This document shows, one piece after another, positions 49,351 to 59,123 of a stretch of DNA of 64,000 bases. The notes under the pieces are model-generated. The model did no database searches. It was not told the DNA's origin and saw only the letters and a list, made by a program, of their open reading frames with translations. The DNA is from Candidatus Omnitrophota bacterium (lineage in GTDB: Bacteria; Omnitrophota; Gorgyraeia; Gygaellales; Profunditerraquicolaceae), in contig JAPLLW010000007.1 of assembly GCA_026387355.1 (NCBI GenBank), positions 170,198 through 234,197 on the forward strand, given 5' to 3'. Both the position numbers and the translations under genes were made by a program. Every line of letters begins with the position of its first letter. Positions within the stretch are counted from its first letter, which is position 1.

Positions 49351-50375
49351 TAAGCTTCTACTCCCCTTAAAAATTTAGCTCCCTCTTCAGGAGACAAAGG
49401 ACAGATATAAAAACCCGTTCCCCACTCAAAACCAGCTACGCGCGTTAAACGCGGCATAATTTCAATATGCCAATGAAAATCCTGATCCAGCGTCTTCCAG
49501 TAGCCTATTTTTTCCCTACGAAAAGGCGCGGTGTGGATAACATAATTATACGGCGGGTCATTTAGCCCCTTCTTAAGCTTCGAAAGCACAATCTTCATTA
49601 CCTTGCCAAGATTCTTTAAAGATTCGCTATCCTGACAGGTAAAATCGCAGCAATGTTTTTTAGGTAATATCCATATCTCAAAAGGAAAACGCGCCGCAAA
49701 AGGACTAATTGCTACAAATCCATCTAGGTCCAGAACAACTCGATCCTTAGTCGCTATCTCCTGTCTAATTACATCGCAGAATACACATCTCTCGTGATAA
49801 TCATAATATTGTTTACTACCGGTAAGTTCTTCTTTTATGCGCTTAGGAGTAACTGGTGTTGCGATAAGCTGGCTTCTTGAATGCTTTATCTGGCTGCCGC
49901 CGGCATCCTTACCATAATTCTTAAAAATACAGGCATATTTAAATCGCTGGTCTTTTTCGAGGTCTATAATCCTATCAGAATAGCACTTTAATACTTTGGC
50001 TATCTGATCGCTACTTAAATCCGCCATATTGGCAATATGCTGATTAGTTTCAACGATCATTTCGTGGGCACCTACGCCATTCATCATATCATATAGCCCT
50101 TTTCCTCGACGATCTAACTCGCCTTCGACCCTTAAGAATGGCGCAATACTAGGCACAACCCTTAAGTCCCAACCAGGAGCATTCGCAGGCGTATTGCGCG
50201 GCCTTACAGCATAAACCTCAGGAGGAGTCTGTGATTCCGCCCCTTCGCAAAAAGGACATGGTTTTTCAGGACTGGTATCTTCAGATTTTACATTAAACTG
50301 ATCCGGCCGCCTGGCCCTCTCAGTTGAGATAATTACCCATCTTCCTATAACTGGATCTTTTCTTAATTCTGGCAT
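49350..50375 (-). CDS. galT: GalT-like protein paralog 1 (HPH motif altered to HSR)
   Basis: ELRKDP..WVI, CPFC, GAHE..VET, HWHIEI.PRLT..AGFEWGTG. Confidence 0.85.
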   Translation of the reverse strand: MPELRKDPVIGRWVIISTERARRPDQFNVKSEDTSPEKPCPFCEGAESQTPPEVYAVRPRNTPANAPGWDLRVVPSIAPFLRVEGELDRRGKGLYDMMNGVGAHEMIVETNQHIANMADLSSDQIAKVLKCYSDRIIDLEKDQRFKYACIFKNYGKDAGGSQIKHSRSQLIATPVTPKRIKEELTGSKQYYDYHERCVFCDVIRQEIATKDRVVLDLDGFVAISPFAARFPFEIWILPKKHCCDFTCQDSESLKNLGKVMKIVLSKLKKGLNDPPYNYVIHTAPFRREKIGYWKTLDQDFHWHIEIMPRLTRVAGFEWGTGFYICPLSPEEGAKFLRGVEA

Positions 50376-50403
50376 AGTAAAAAATTATAGCACAACGAAC
50401 CTT

Positions 50404-51366
50404 TTATTCAACTGCTTTTTTATAGTAGCTCCCAAAACAATCGCCTATTTTAACCTTGTGCCCATGAACAAAATCTTTAGCATTCATCCTCTTCCCGCCC
50501 TCAAGCTGTAATTCTTCAATAACTAAAACGCCCTTGCCGCATACCACAAGTATCCCATCCTGGTTAACAGCCAATACGTGTGAGCAAGAAACCGAGTCCT
50601 GCTGGCTCAAACCTTCCATGCATTTGGCTTTAAATATCTTTAGCGTCTTATTCTTAAAATATGTAAAAGCCCCCGGCCAAGGCAAGCTCCCTCTTATAAG
50701 GTTATAGATCTCGACTGAGTTTTTACACCAATCAATATACCCATCTGTTTTTTTAAGCTTAGGAGCATAGCTTACCTTCTCCTCGTCTTGCGCAACTAGC
50801 TTATATTTCTTATTCTTAATCTCGTCCAGCGCCTCAATTAATAATTCTGACCCCAATTTACGTAACTTTTCCTCAATAATCACAGAATCATCATTATCTG
50901 CAATCGATATAGCTTCCTGGAGTATTATCGGACCGGAATCCATCTTCCTTGTCACCTGCATAATAGTTATGCCTGTAGTCCTATCTCCCTGCATAATTGC
51001 CCAATTTACAGGAGCTGCTCCGCGATATTTCGGTAGCAATGAAGCGTGAATATTTATGGGTAAGATTTTCGGTATATCCAAAACTTTTTGAGACAATATT
51101 TGGCCATAAGCTACGACTACAAATAAATCTGCCCCAAATTTAATAATCTGCTTAACCGATTCAGCCGAATTCACATCCTTAGGCTGGAAAATTTCAAGGT
51201 CTGCCTTCTGCGCAACAAACTTGACGTCTGTACCAGCTAAATGCAGATGGCGGCCCTTTTTCTGATCCGGTTGCGTCACCACGCAACAAATATCTTGTTT
51301 GCTTTTGATCAAAGCCTCAAGCGCAGGAACTGCAAAATGTGAGCTACCAAAAAATATGATTTTCAT
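50404..51366 (-). CDS. fmt: Methionyl-tRNA formyltransferase
   Basis: VTQPD, VVAYGQIL, INIHASLLPKYRGAAP, MDSGP. Confidence 0.96.
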   Translation of the reverse strand: MKIIFFGSSHFAVPALEALIKSKQDICCVVTQPDQKKGRHLHLAGTDVKFVAQKADLEIFQPKDVNSAESVKQIIKFGADLFVVVAYGQILSQKVLDIPKILPINIHASLLPKYRGAAPVNWAIMQGDRTTGITIMQVTRKMDSGPIILQEAISIADNDDSVIIEEKLRKLGSELLIEALDEIKNKKYKLVAQDEEKVSYAPKLKKTDGYIDWCKNSVEIYNLIRGSLPWPGAFTYFKNKTLKIFKAKCMEGLSQQDSVSCSHVLAVNQDGILVVCGKGVLVIEELQLEGGKRMNAKDFVHGHKVKIGDCFGSYYKKAVE

Positions 51367-51396
51367 AAAATAGTAGTAGATAATAGTTAGGTGACA

Positions 51397-53256
51397 CTAT
51401 ACCGGATCCACATCAATCGTCACTATTATACCTGAATGACGAAAGCCTTTTAAGCCTTTTCTTATAAATTCTCCTGCCAAGGCGACCTTACCCGTACGCA
51501 ACAATACCTGCCAATAAAAATTACCCCGCAGCTTCGGAGGGTTAGTTGGAGTAACCGCAACTATTCCCAACTCCTTACTCTTATTTTCTTTTGTCAATTT
51601 ATTAAACAAAGCTTCAGCCGCAACTTTTACCTTCTCTTCACTTTTACCACGCAGTTTGACTAAAATCAAATGACTAAAGGGCGGAAAATTAAGTTGTTTT
51701 CTCTGCTTTAACTCTGCTTCATAGAAATAACTTTCATCTTTTTTAAAAAGCGCCTGAAAACAATGATGGGTAGGAGAACTTGTCTGAATTAAAATATTCT
51801 TATCCGTAAGCACTAATAGCCCGGCGAGCAATTCAAAGACTTTTTCAGTTGCGCGAAAATCAACGCGATTAAGAGTATTGTCTATGCCCAATACTCCGAT
51901 AAGATCAAAATTTAGATCAGCCCTTCTAATTACGCTGCTCGTAGCTATAAATATATCTGCATCGGATATATCCTGGCAGGCTTCATCCCAAATCTTAATT
52001 CGCGCTTGAGGAAAAATTCTAGATAGCTCACTCTCCATTTTTTCAGTCCCCCCTCCGGAAAATTTAATATATCCGGCGTTACACTCAGGACATATTTTGG
52101 GAGGCTCGATCTTATAATTACAATAATGACAACTCAGCAAATTGCCTTTGTAGTGATAAACCAAGTTTATATTGCAACGTGGGCACTTTAACACTTTACC
52201 ACAGGCATGACATGCTGCCTGAGTAGCAAAACCTTTTCGATTCAAAAATAAGAGTACCTTGCCCTTTGTATTCAAAACAACATAGATTGCATCTTCAAGT
52301 ATCCTAGCAACAACCTGCTTTTTCTTTCTATCTACAAATGCCAGATGTCTGGTATCGATAAGCTTAACATCGGGAAATCTACTTTTTCTTGGTACAAGCG
52401 TGTACTTGGCTTTATCTTTCTTGCTTGAATAATAGCTTTCTAGCGAAGGAACCCTGCTTCCCAAAATTAGCTTTGCACCTTCAATTTTAGCGCGCAGAAA
52501 ACCAGCTTCTCTTGCGTGATAATGCGGCACCTGATCTTGTTTATATACGCTGCTTGCTTCATCATCAATAATAATTAAACCTAAATTATTTAAAGGAGCA
52601 AAAATAGCTGAGCGCGTCCCTGCTATTACCTGAGCCCCTCCTGATTTAACCTTTAACCATGCATCTAACTCCTTAGGTTGCTTTCTATATAAAGGTTGAA
52701 CTTCAATACCAAGTTCTTTATTAATCATTGAGCTTACCTTAGCAATATCATGAACATCCGGTAACAAAACTATCGCCGACTGATTGTTCTTTAATATCTG
52801 CTTTATTTCATTAATATACACACCCCATCTTGCCCTACCATCCAAATCATGAATTAGGGAGACCTTTTTGTCCAAATAAATGGGGTCAGAATTAATTCTG
52901 ACCCCATTTATAGAAGAATCCCCTGAGATAATCTTCTTCCCTTTTCTCAAATCATCCGGTATCGCTACCTCAATCGCTTCACCCCATGAACAGCAATAAT
53001 ATTCCGAAAGCTCTTTTGTAATCAGCAACATCTCTTTACTCAACAAAGGAACCTTATCAATTAATTCTAAAATCGGCTTTAATCTTTTAATTTCGCTTTT
53101 TTTAACTAAATCCGTAACATAACCAACTATGCGTCTAGTCCCAAAACTAACCCAAACTCTTGAACCAATCTTTATTTGCTCTGCGCAATTATCCGGGACA
53201 ATATAATCAAACGGCCCGCTTACCGGTAGCCCCACTACTACCTTAGCGAATAGCAT
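51397..53256 (-). CDS. priA: Primosomal protein N' with degenerate helicase motifs
   Basis: FDY..P N-terminal 3' DNA-binding domain, GTRSAIFAP, LNRKGF, four CxxC Zn motifs, PPF, DVDP C-terminus. Confidence 0.9.
   Translation of the reverse strand: MLFAKVVVGLPVSGPFDYIVPDNCAEQIKIGSRVWVSFGTRRIVGYVTDLVKKSEIKRLKPILELIDKVPLLSKEMLLITKELSEYYCCSWGEAIEVAIPDDLRKGKKIISGDSSINGVRINSDPIYLDKKVSLIHDLDGRARWGVYINEIKQILKNNQSAIVLLPDVHDIAKVSSMINKELGIEVQPLYRKQPKELDAWLKVKSGGAQVIAGTRSAIFAPLNNLGLIIIDDEASSVYKQDQVPHYHAREAGFLRAKIEGAKLILGSRVPSLESYYSSKKDKAKYTLVPRKSRFPDVKLIDTRHLAFVDRKKKQVVARILEDAIYVVLNTKGKVLLFLNRKGFATQAACHACGKVLKCPRCNINLVYHYKGNLLSCHYCNYKIEPPKICPECNAGYIKFSGGGTEKMESELSRIFPQARIKIWDEACQDISDADIFIATSSVIRRADLNFDLIGVLGIDNTLNRVDFRATEKVFELLAGLLVLTDKNILIQTSSPTHHCFQALFKKDESYFYEAELKQRKQLNFPPFSHLILVKLRGKSEEKVKVAAEALFNKLTKENKSKELGIVAVTPTNPPKLRGNFYWQVLLRTGKVALAGEFIRKGLKGFRHSGIIVTIDVDPV
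52876..52911. repeat. GGGGTCAG palindromic element, copy D, in frame within priA
   Basis: 36-nt perfect palindrome ATAAATGGGGTCAGAATTAATTCTGACCCCATTTAT encoding INGVRINSDPIY. Confidence 0.92.
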
Positions 53257-54334
53257 CAGCTATCTCCTGGCAGGCAAATGGCTTTTTTATATTTTCAATC
53301 CTAGCCTTCATTTGCTTCAGCTTATGGGGATTATTCTTAAAATCAATTACTATATCTCTAAGCTCTGTTAAATTCTTTGGTGTTAAACCTACACCAAACT
53401 CCTTTAGCGCTTGAATATTCCCGGCTTCTTGCCCGGGAATTACAGCTATGAAAATTGGAACTAAATCCATATTAACAACTTCGGCAATAGTTGAGCCCCC
53501 TGCCTTAGAGACTATCAAATCAGAAACAGCCATCAGCTCTTCAGTATTATCTATATACCCGTATACCTCTACGTTCGGAAGATTCTTTTTTAATAAACGC
53601 TTATACAATTTCTTATTTGATGCGCAAATAACCAAAACTTGAACATCGACAGATAATAATTCAGCTGCCTTCTCAAGAGGACCTATGCCAAATGACCCGG
53701 TCATTAATAATACAGTAAATTTATCTGGAGAGATATCTAACTTCGTAGCTAAAGCTCTCCTATCAAACTGCTGCGTAAATTTAGGGTGAAATGGTAACCC
53801 AAAAACTTTGATTAATTCCGGCTTAACCCCCTCAGCTAACAGCCTCTTTTTTGTAAACTCTGAGGCTACAACATATAAATCAGTATACTTGTTTATCCAA
53901 TAAGGATGCACGCCAAAATCTGTAATTACCGTGACTAATTTTGACTTAATCTTACGGTGCCTCTTAAGCAATCCCGCGATATTAGAAGGGAGAAAATGAG
54001 TCGAAATAATCACATCCGGGTTTTTACGAATAAGATACCGTATAAAACTTACAGAATTAATATTATTGATAAAGGTGGCAAGCGGAGAACTTATAAAGCG
54101 GAATAATTTATACTGCGTAAGCCAGAATGCAAAATTCCATCCGCCTACGGCGTATTTTACCAAAACAGAATACCCGACTGTGTTATTAAATCTAAACAAC
54201 GCATTCGTCTTATCCAGTACATCAATTAATTTAAGGCCATAATCTGGATGAGCGCTTTTTAAATAATCATACACTGCTTCGGCTGCCCTGCGATGCCCAG
54301 CCCCGGCAGATGCATGGGCAATTAATACTCTCAT
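53243..54334 (-). CDS. MGDG synthase / UgtP-like glycosyltransferase (GT28)
   Basis: SAGAGHRRAA, ISTHF, VITDF..HPYW, SKAGG.T, PGQEAGN. Confidence 0.88.
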   Translation of the reverse strand: MRVLIAHASAGAGHRRAAEAVYDYLKSAHPDYGLKLIDVLDKTNALFRFNNTVGYSVLVKYAVGGWNFAFWLTQYKLFRFISSPLATFINNINSVSFIRYLIRKNPDVIISTHFLPSNIAGLLKRHRKIKSKLVTVITDFGVHPYWINKYTDLYVVASEFTKKRLLAEGVKPELIKVFGLPFHPKFTQQFDRRALATKLDISPDKFTVLLMTGSFGIGPLEKAAELLSVDVQVLVICASNKKLYKRLLKKNLPNVEVYGYIDNTEELMAVSDLIVSKAGGSTIAEVVNMDLVPIFIAVIPGQEAGNIQALKEFGVGLTPKNLTELRDIVIDFKNNPHKLKQMKARIENIKKPFACQEIADAIR

Positions 54335-54338
54335 ATTT

Positions 54339-54878
54339 TTACTTTATGATAAATTTTGCTGCTTCTTTGAGGTTTTTAAATACAAAATCTGGAGTTGCTT
54401 CCCAGTTTTTTTTGTTTGGAAGCTTTTCTCTTCCGGAAAGAACCAGAATAGATTTACATCCGGCATTCTCTGCAGTAATTACATCCCTAATAGTATCACC
54501 AACAAAATAGGCTTTTTTTAGATCGAACCCGTATTCTTTCGCTGCCTTCTTGAGTATGCCTGGTTTTGGCTTTCTGCACGCACAACCCGCATCTTTACGA
54601 TGCGTGCAATAATAGACTTTGTCAATCTTACCACCAACTTTATCAATATCAGTGAGCATCTTACGCGTTATAATATCCAAAGTCTTTTGAGAATACGTCC
54701 CCTTGCCTACGCCAGCCTGATTCGATGCCACAAATATCTTACACCCATGCTTACTCAGCAAAGCAATCGCTTCTTTAGCTTGCGGCAAAAACCTAAACTT
54801 CGCCAAAGAGGTTACATAAAGCTTATCCCCCGGATACTTATTTATTACCCCGTCTCTATCTAGAAATATAATCTTCAT
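54339..54878 (-). CDS. gmhB: D,D-heptose 1,7-bisphosphate phosphatase
   Basis: FLDRDGVIN, SNQAG, CTH..C.CRKPKPG, VGD. Confidence 0.88.
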   Translation of the reverse strand: MKIIFLDRDGVINKYPGDKLYVTSLAKFRFLPQAKEAIALLSKHGCKIFVASNQAGVGKGTYSQKTLDIITRKMLTDIDKVGGKIDKVYYCTHRKDAGCACRKPKPGILKKAAKEYGFDLKKAYFVGDTIRDVITAENAGCKSILVLSGREKLPNKKNWEATPDFVFKNLKEAAKFIIK

Positions 54879-54886
54879 ATAATTCT

Positions 54887-54910
54887 TGTAACGGGACAGG
54901 ACCCGTTACA
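54887..54910. repeat. Short intergenic palindrome
   Basis: TGTAACGGG-ACAGGA-CCCGTTACA. Confidence 0.7.
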
Positions 54911-54920
54911 CTAATAATGC

Positions 54921-55691
54921 CTATTTCTTATTCATTATTATTTCGCGATATTTTAAATAACTAAACACCTGATACAATCCAGCGTTATAAGCAACCACAA
55001 ACCCTATAAACCCATCCTTATACCCATGCCTACCAAAGTATGCGCGCATGAATCTATCATAAGTCCGCCACATAAATCTACCCAGAGTCATTGGCTTACC
55101 CTGAGAATACCATTTCTTTGCTTCCCAAGTAGTCTGCTTATTCAATTTAGCCCAAAAATCCTCAAGATCCTTATAGGAATAATGCAACATATCCCCGCGT
55201 AAATGCCCGCAAGCTCCATCCATAAACGCCCGCGGGTGCACCTCAACTTCTTCATACCGAAACTTATCTTTTCTAAAGAGCCTCAATTGTGGGCTTGGAT
55301 ACCAACCTCCATGTTTTACCCAATAATCACCGATATAATTCCTGCGCGGAATAGTAAACCCGGCCTCTGTGGGATTACTGCCTAAAACCTTAATAATTTC
55401 ATCTCTTAACTCAGGAGTAACTCTTTCATCGGAATCAAGGCTCAAAACCCAATCATTCTTAGCCTGCGCATACGCCCAATTCCTATGAGTTCCCTCAACA
55501 ACCATCTTCCTAGTAAAAATTCTATCTGTGTATTTCTTAAGTATCTCCGGAGTCTTATCAGTGCTCATATCATCAATAACAATAATCTCATCAGCCCACG
55601 AATAAACACTCTTTAAGCATTCATCTATAATTAGCTCATTATTCTTAGTTAACACTACAACCGTTAGCTTTACTTTTTCCATTGGATTCAA
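54921..55691 (-). CDS. Glycosyltransferase family 2 (WaaE/KdtX-like)
   Basis: LTKNNE, WVLSLDSDER, LRLFRK, GYKDGFIG. Confidence 0.88.
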   Translation of the reverse strand: MNPMEKVKLTVVVLTKNNELIIDECLKSVYSWADEIIVIDDMSTDKTPEILKKYTDRIFTRKMVVEGTHRNWAYAQAKNDWVLSLDSDERVTPELRDEIIKVLGSNPTEAGFTIPRRNYIGDYWVKHGGWYPSPQLRLFRKDKFRYEEVEVHPRAFMDGACGHLRGDMLHYSYKDLEDFWAKLNKQTTWEAKKWYSQGKPMTLGRFMWRTYDRFMRAYFGRHGYKDGFIGFVVAYNAGLYQVFSYLKYREIIMNKK

Positions 55692-56884
55692 TTCTCCTTA
55701 TCCATAGAAAGCATACTACGAAACTTTATCTTAACTATAGCCGCAAAAAGAAACAAAGAACCAAAAATAACTATAGAAAAACGCTCAAGAATAGTCTGCA
55801 CAGCCTCACCCACAAAAGAAGGACTCCCAAAAGTTGTAAGCACAAAATATACTACAACTAAAGATAAAACTAATTTGTCTTTAAAATTACATACCATTAA
55901 ATAATAAATTACCAACATGGTAGGGAATATTAACGTTACAAAATTATGAATCCAACCATGGGGATTAAACAAAGGGATTAAGATAAAAACCAAACCATAA
56001 TCTAAGCAATTAGTAAATAGTTCTTTTTCTTTCTTAATTTGTTTTTTATTCGAGATAATAATGAATACAGTTAAGATCGCAAAAATACACAAAGTAAATA
56101 AGGTAGCGGAAAAACTGGAAATACCCGTAAAAGCCCTAAACGGAAAGGCCCATAATGATTGCATCTTTTCATTGAGAAAAGCCCCTTCCCCAAGAGAAGT
56201 TGAACTTATATGCGGAATCAATTCCTTTAAAAGAAAAAAGTTATATTTTAACCCAATAAATAAACCCGGTAATAAGCAATAAATAACAATCGCAACTAAA
56301 ATCAGAAAAGAAATCTTAAATTTCCTTTTTATAAAAAAATATGGAATAAACAAAGCAGGCATATATTTAATCATAACTGCAATCCCAATAAAAGAAGCCC
56401 CTATTGCATTTTTTGCCTTAGAAATAAAGAATAACCCAAAAACCACCGCTAGCATTATAAACAACCCCACCTGAGCGCTATGCAGGCAATTTAAAACAAA
56501 CCTAAAGTTAATTAACGAAACAAACACAAAAAGTAAAAACTCATTGTTGGCACTTATTTCTTTATAAAAGATAAGTTTTCGAGAGAGCTTAAAAATGAAA
56601 AAAACCGCACATAGATTCAAAAGAAAGAATAAGCTTGCAGATGTTCTTTGGTCAAAAATAGCAAGCGGTGCCATAAATAATGCAAAAATAGGTGTATATT
56701 TAAAAGTAGATATTTCTTCAGAATCCTTAATATAAGGGTTTTTCCCTTGCAGAATATCTTTTCCTGCCTTATAGAAACAACTGTAATCAGAGTAATTTCT
56801 TCTAGGCGCTCGAATCTGATACTGAATAAACAACCCAGAAAAAATGATTACGATTAAACTAAGGCCTACTATTTTTCGCGACAC
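55688..56884 (-). CDS. GT87-like GT-C glycosyltransferase
   Basis: DY..FY.AG...NPY, FKYTP, AQV, IKYMP, PHGWIHN; polytopic. Confidence 0.8.
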   Translation of the reverse strand: MSRKIVGLSLIVIIFSGLFIQYQIRAPRRNYSDYSCFYKAGKDILQGKNPYIKDSEEISTFKYTPIFALFMAPLAIFDQRTSASLFFLLNLCAVFFIFKLSRKLIFYKEISANNEFLLFVFVSLINFRFVLNCLHSAQVGLFIMLAVVFGLFFISKAKNAIGASFIGIAVMIKYMPALFIPYFFIKRKFKISFLILVAIVIYCLLPGLFIGLKYNFFLLKELIPHISSTSLGEGAFLNEKMQSLWAFPFRAFTGISSFSATLFTLCIFAILTVFIIISNKKQIKKEKELFTNCLDYGLVFILIPLFNPHGWIHNFVTLIFPTMLVIYYLMVCNFKDKLVLSLVVVYFVLTTFGSPSFVGEAVQTILERFSIVIFGSLFLFAAIVKIKFRSMLSMDKEN

Positions 56885-56902
56885 TATAATTCTCCTAATG
56901 AA

Positions 56903-58009
56903 TTAATTCTTTACGGAGCAAATAATGTAATCTTTTTCCTCCTGAGTCATCTCAGGATAAATAGGCAGAGTAAAAAGCTGTTTAGCGGCTTTTTCTGCCT
57001 CAGGAAAATCACCTACCTTATAACCCAGATATTTAAAGCATTTCTGAAGATGCAGAGGAATCGGGTAAAATACGCGCGAATCAATTCCTTTTGACTGCAA
57101 ATGCTCTATGGATCCTTTGTTTGAAACAGGGGCTCTTAAAACATACTGGTGGTAAATATGGGTGGTATAATCAGGAACAAACGGGGTTTTAAAGTTAAGT
57201 CCGGATAAATTAAGATTATAATATTCAGCGATTGGTTGCCTCTTCTTGTTCCATTCATCCAGGTATTTCAACTTAACATCTAAAACTACTGCCTGAATAG
57301 TATCCATGCGGTTATTACGGCCTAAAACCAGGTGATGATATTTATTTTTATTCCCCTGGTTACGTAAAATCTTTAACTTTTCAGCAAGTGTTTTACTATT
57401 AGTTAAAATTAAACCCGCATCTCCGAAAGCGCCCAGATTCTTGCCAGGATAAAAACTTACCGAACCACAATCTCCAAGAGTGCCAGCCTTCTTACCCTTA
57501 TACTCTGCACCAAACGCTTGTGCAGTATCTTCAATAACTTTTAACTTATACTTACGCGCCAACTTTAAAATACCATCCATATCCGCGCACTGGCCATAAA
57601 GATGTACCGGAATGATTGCTCTAATCTTAAACTTATTCTTTTTAGTTAATATTTTTTTAACGCTCTCAACCGAAATATTATAAGTATCTCTATCTATATC
57701 CGCGAAAACAGGTCTTGCCCCAATATTCGCCACTGCTCCGGCTGTTGCATAATATGTAAATGCGGGACAAATCACCCCATCACCACGACCAATGCCCAAT
57801 GCTAATAAAGAAAGAGAAATAGCATCAGTCCCATTTGAAACACCAACTGCATATCTTGCATTGACATATTTTGCAGCATTTTCTTCAAACCTACTTACAC
57901 CGGAACCTAATATAAAACTCGAATTGTCGATTACCTCTTTTATCGCTAAATCAATCTCCTTACGTATTGGTGCAATCTGCTTTTTAAGGTCTAACGCTGA
58001 TATTTTCAT
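56903..58009 (-). CDS. DegT/DnrJ/EryC1/StrS aminotransferase
   Basis: NGTDA, PVHLYGQ, IEDTAQAFG, SFYPGKNLGAFGDAG. Confidence 0.93.
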   Translation of the reverse strand: MKISALDLKKQIAPIRKEIDLAIKEVIDNSSFILGSGVSRFEENAAKYVNARYAVGVSNGTDAISLSLLALGIGRGDGVICPAFTYYATAGAVANIGARPVFADIDRDTYNISVESVKKILTKKNKFKIRAIIPVHLYGQCADMDGILKLARKYKLKVIEDTAQAFGAEYKGKKAGTLGDCGSVSFYPGKNLGAFGDAGLILTNSKTLAEKLKILRNQGNKNKYHHLVLGRNNRMDTIQAVVLDVKLKYLDEWNKKRQPIAEYYNLNLSGLNFKTPFVPDYTTHIYHQYVLRAPVSNKGSIEHLQSKGIDSRVFYPIPLHLQKCFKYLGYKVGDFPEAEKAAKQLFTLPIYPEMTQEEKDYIICSVKN

Positions 58010-58016
58010 ATTTCTC

Positions 58017-59123
58017 CTAAGGATTTAATAAACTCTTTGCTGCCTCAAATACCGATTCTACGCTTATAGACTTTAAACATTCCTTATCCCTATCGCACGC
58101 CGGTAATCTAAAATTCTTGTAACACGGCCGGCAGGAAGTATCCCATTTTAAAACCACATGATTTCTATGTTCAGGATATGGTCCGTAAACTAATTCACTA
58201 ACCGGGCCAAAAACTGATACAGTCTTTACTCCTAAAGCCACAGCCATATGCATCGGTCCACCGTCATTAGTAATAAGTAGCCTGCAATTCTTAATTACAG
58301 CCGGCAAAATCCCTAAATCAGTTTTACCTACCAAATCTATAGGCTTATTGCGCATAGCATGTACCATTACATCTGCAATTTTACGCTCAGATTCATCACC
58401 TAATATAAGCACCTTTGCCTTAAACTCAGAAATTAATTTATCCGCTAATTGCGTAAACTTTAATACTGGCCAATGCTTATAACCAGCATCCTTACCCCAG
58501 CTTCCGCCAGCACCAGGTGCAATACCTAGCACTAAATCATTAACTTCAACACCAGCAGCGCTAAGTATATTCTTTGCTTTAGCTTCGCTCCCCAAGACTA
58601 CTGATAGAGATAAGCTCTTATCCCTAACCGGAATATTCAAAAACTTTAACAATTCTAAATAATACTCAACCACATGCTTGTCGTGATAACCATCAATTTC
58701 AATGCGGCTAGTAAGAAATCTGCCCCTACCTTTATAATTAAACCCGATTCGCTTACCTATCCCCATCATTTTTGCAAATAGGCTATAGCGGTGGTCTAGG
58801 GAAAAATCAAGACAAATGTTAAAACGCTCTTTTCTTATTGCCCAGGTTAATTTAATTGCGCGCCATACACCCTTAAAGAAAGATTCCTGGTATGCTTTTT
58901 TGAGGTCTCCTCTAGATAAGGCAAAAATCTTATTTATATTGGGATTGTTTTCTAAAACTGGCTTGACTCTTGCATTTGACCAGTACCCAATAAAACAATT
59001 AGGGACCTGCTCTTTAATCGCCTTGATTACAGGAGTAGTAAATAAAACATCACCTATGCCAAATGGATTTATGATTAGTATCTTTTTAAACGCTTGCCCG
59101 GCATTCTTTTTTAAAATCATCAT
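58017..59123 (-). CDS. GT9 heptosyltransferase (WaaF-like)
   Basis: GIGDVLFTTP, K.WP, TNDGGPMHMA, CRPC. Confidence 0.88.
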   Translation of the reverse strand: MMILKKNAGQAFKKILIINPFGIGDVLFTTPVIKAIKEQVPNCFIGYWSNARVKPVLENNPNINKIFALSRGDLKKAYQESFFKGVWRAIKLTWAIRKERFNICLDFSLDHRYSLFAKMMGIGKRIGFNYKGRGRFLTSRIEIDGYHDKHVVEYYLELLKFLNIPVRDKSLSLSVVLGSEAKAKNILSAAGVEVNDLVLGIAPGAGGSWGKDAGYKHWPVLKFTQLADKLISEFKAKVLILGDESERKIADVMVHAMRNKPIDLVGKTDLGILPAVIKNCRLLITNDGGPMHMAVALGVKTVSVFGPVSELVYGPYPEHRNHVVLKWDTSCRPCYKNFRLPACDRDKECLKSISVESVFEAAKSLLNP

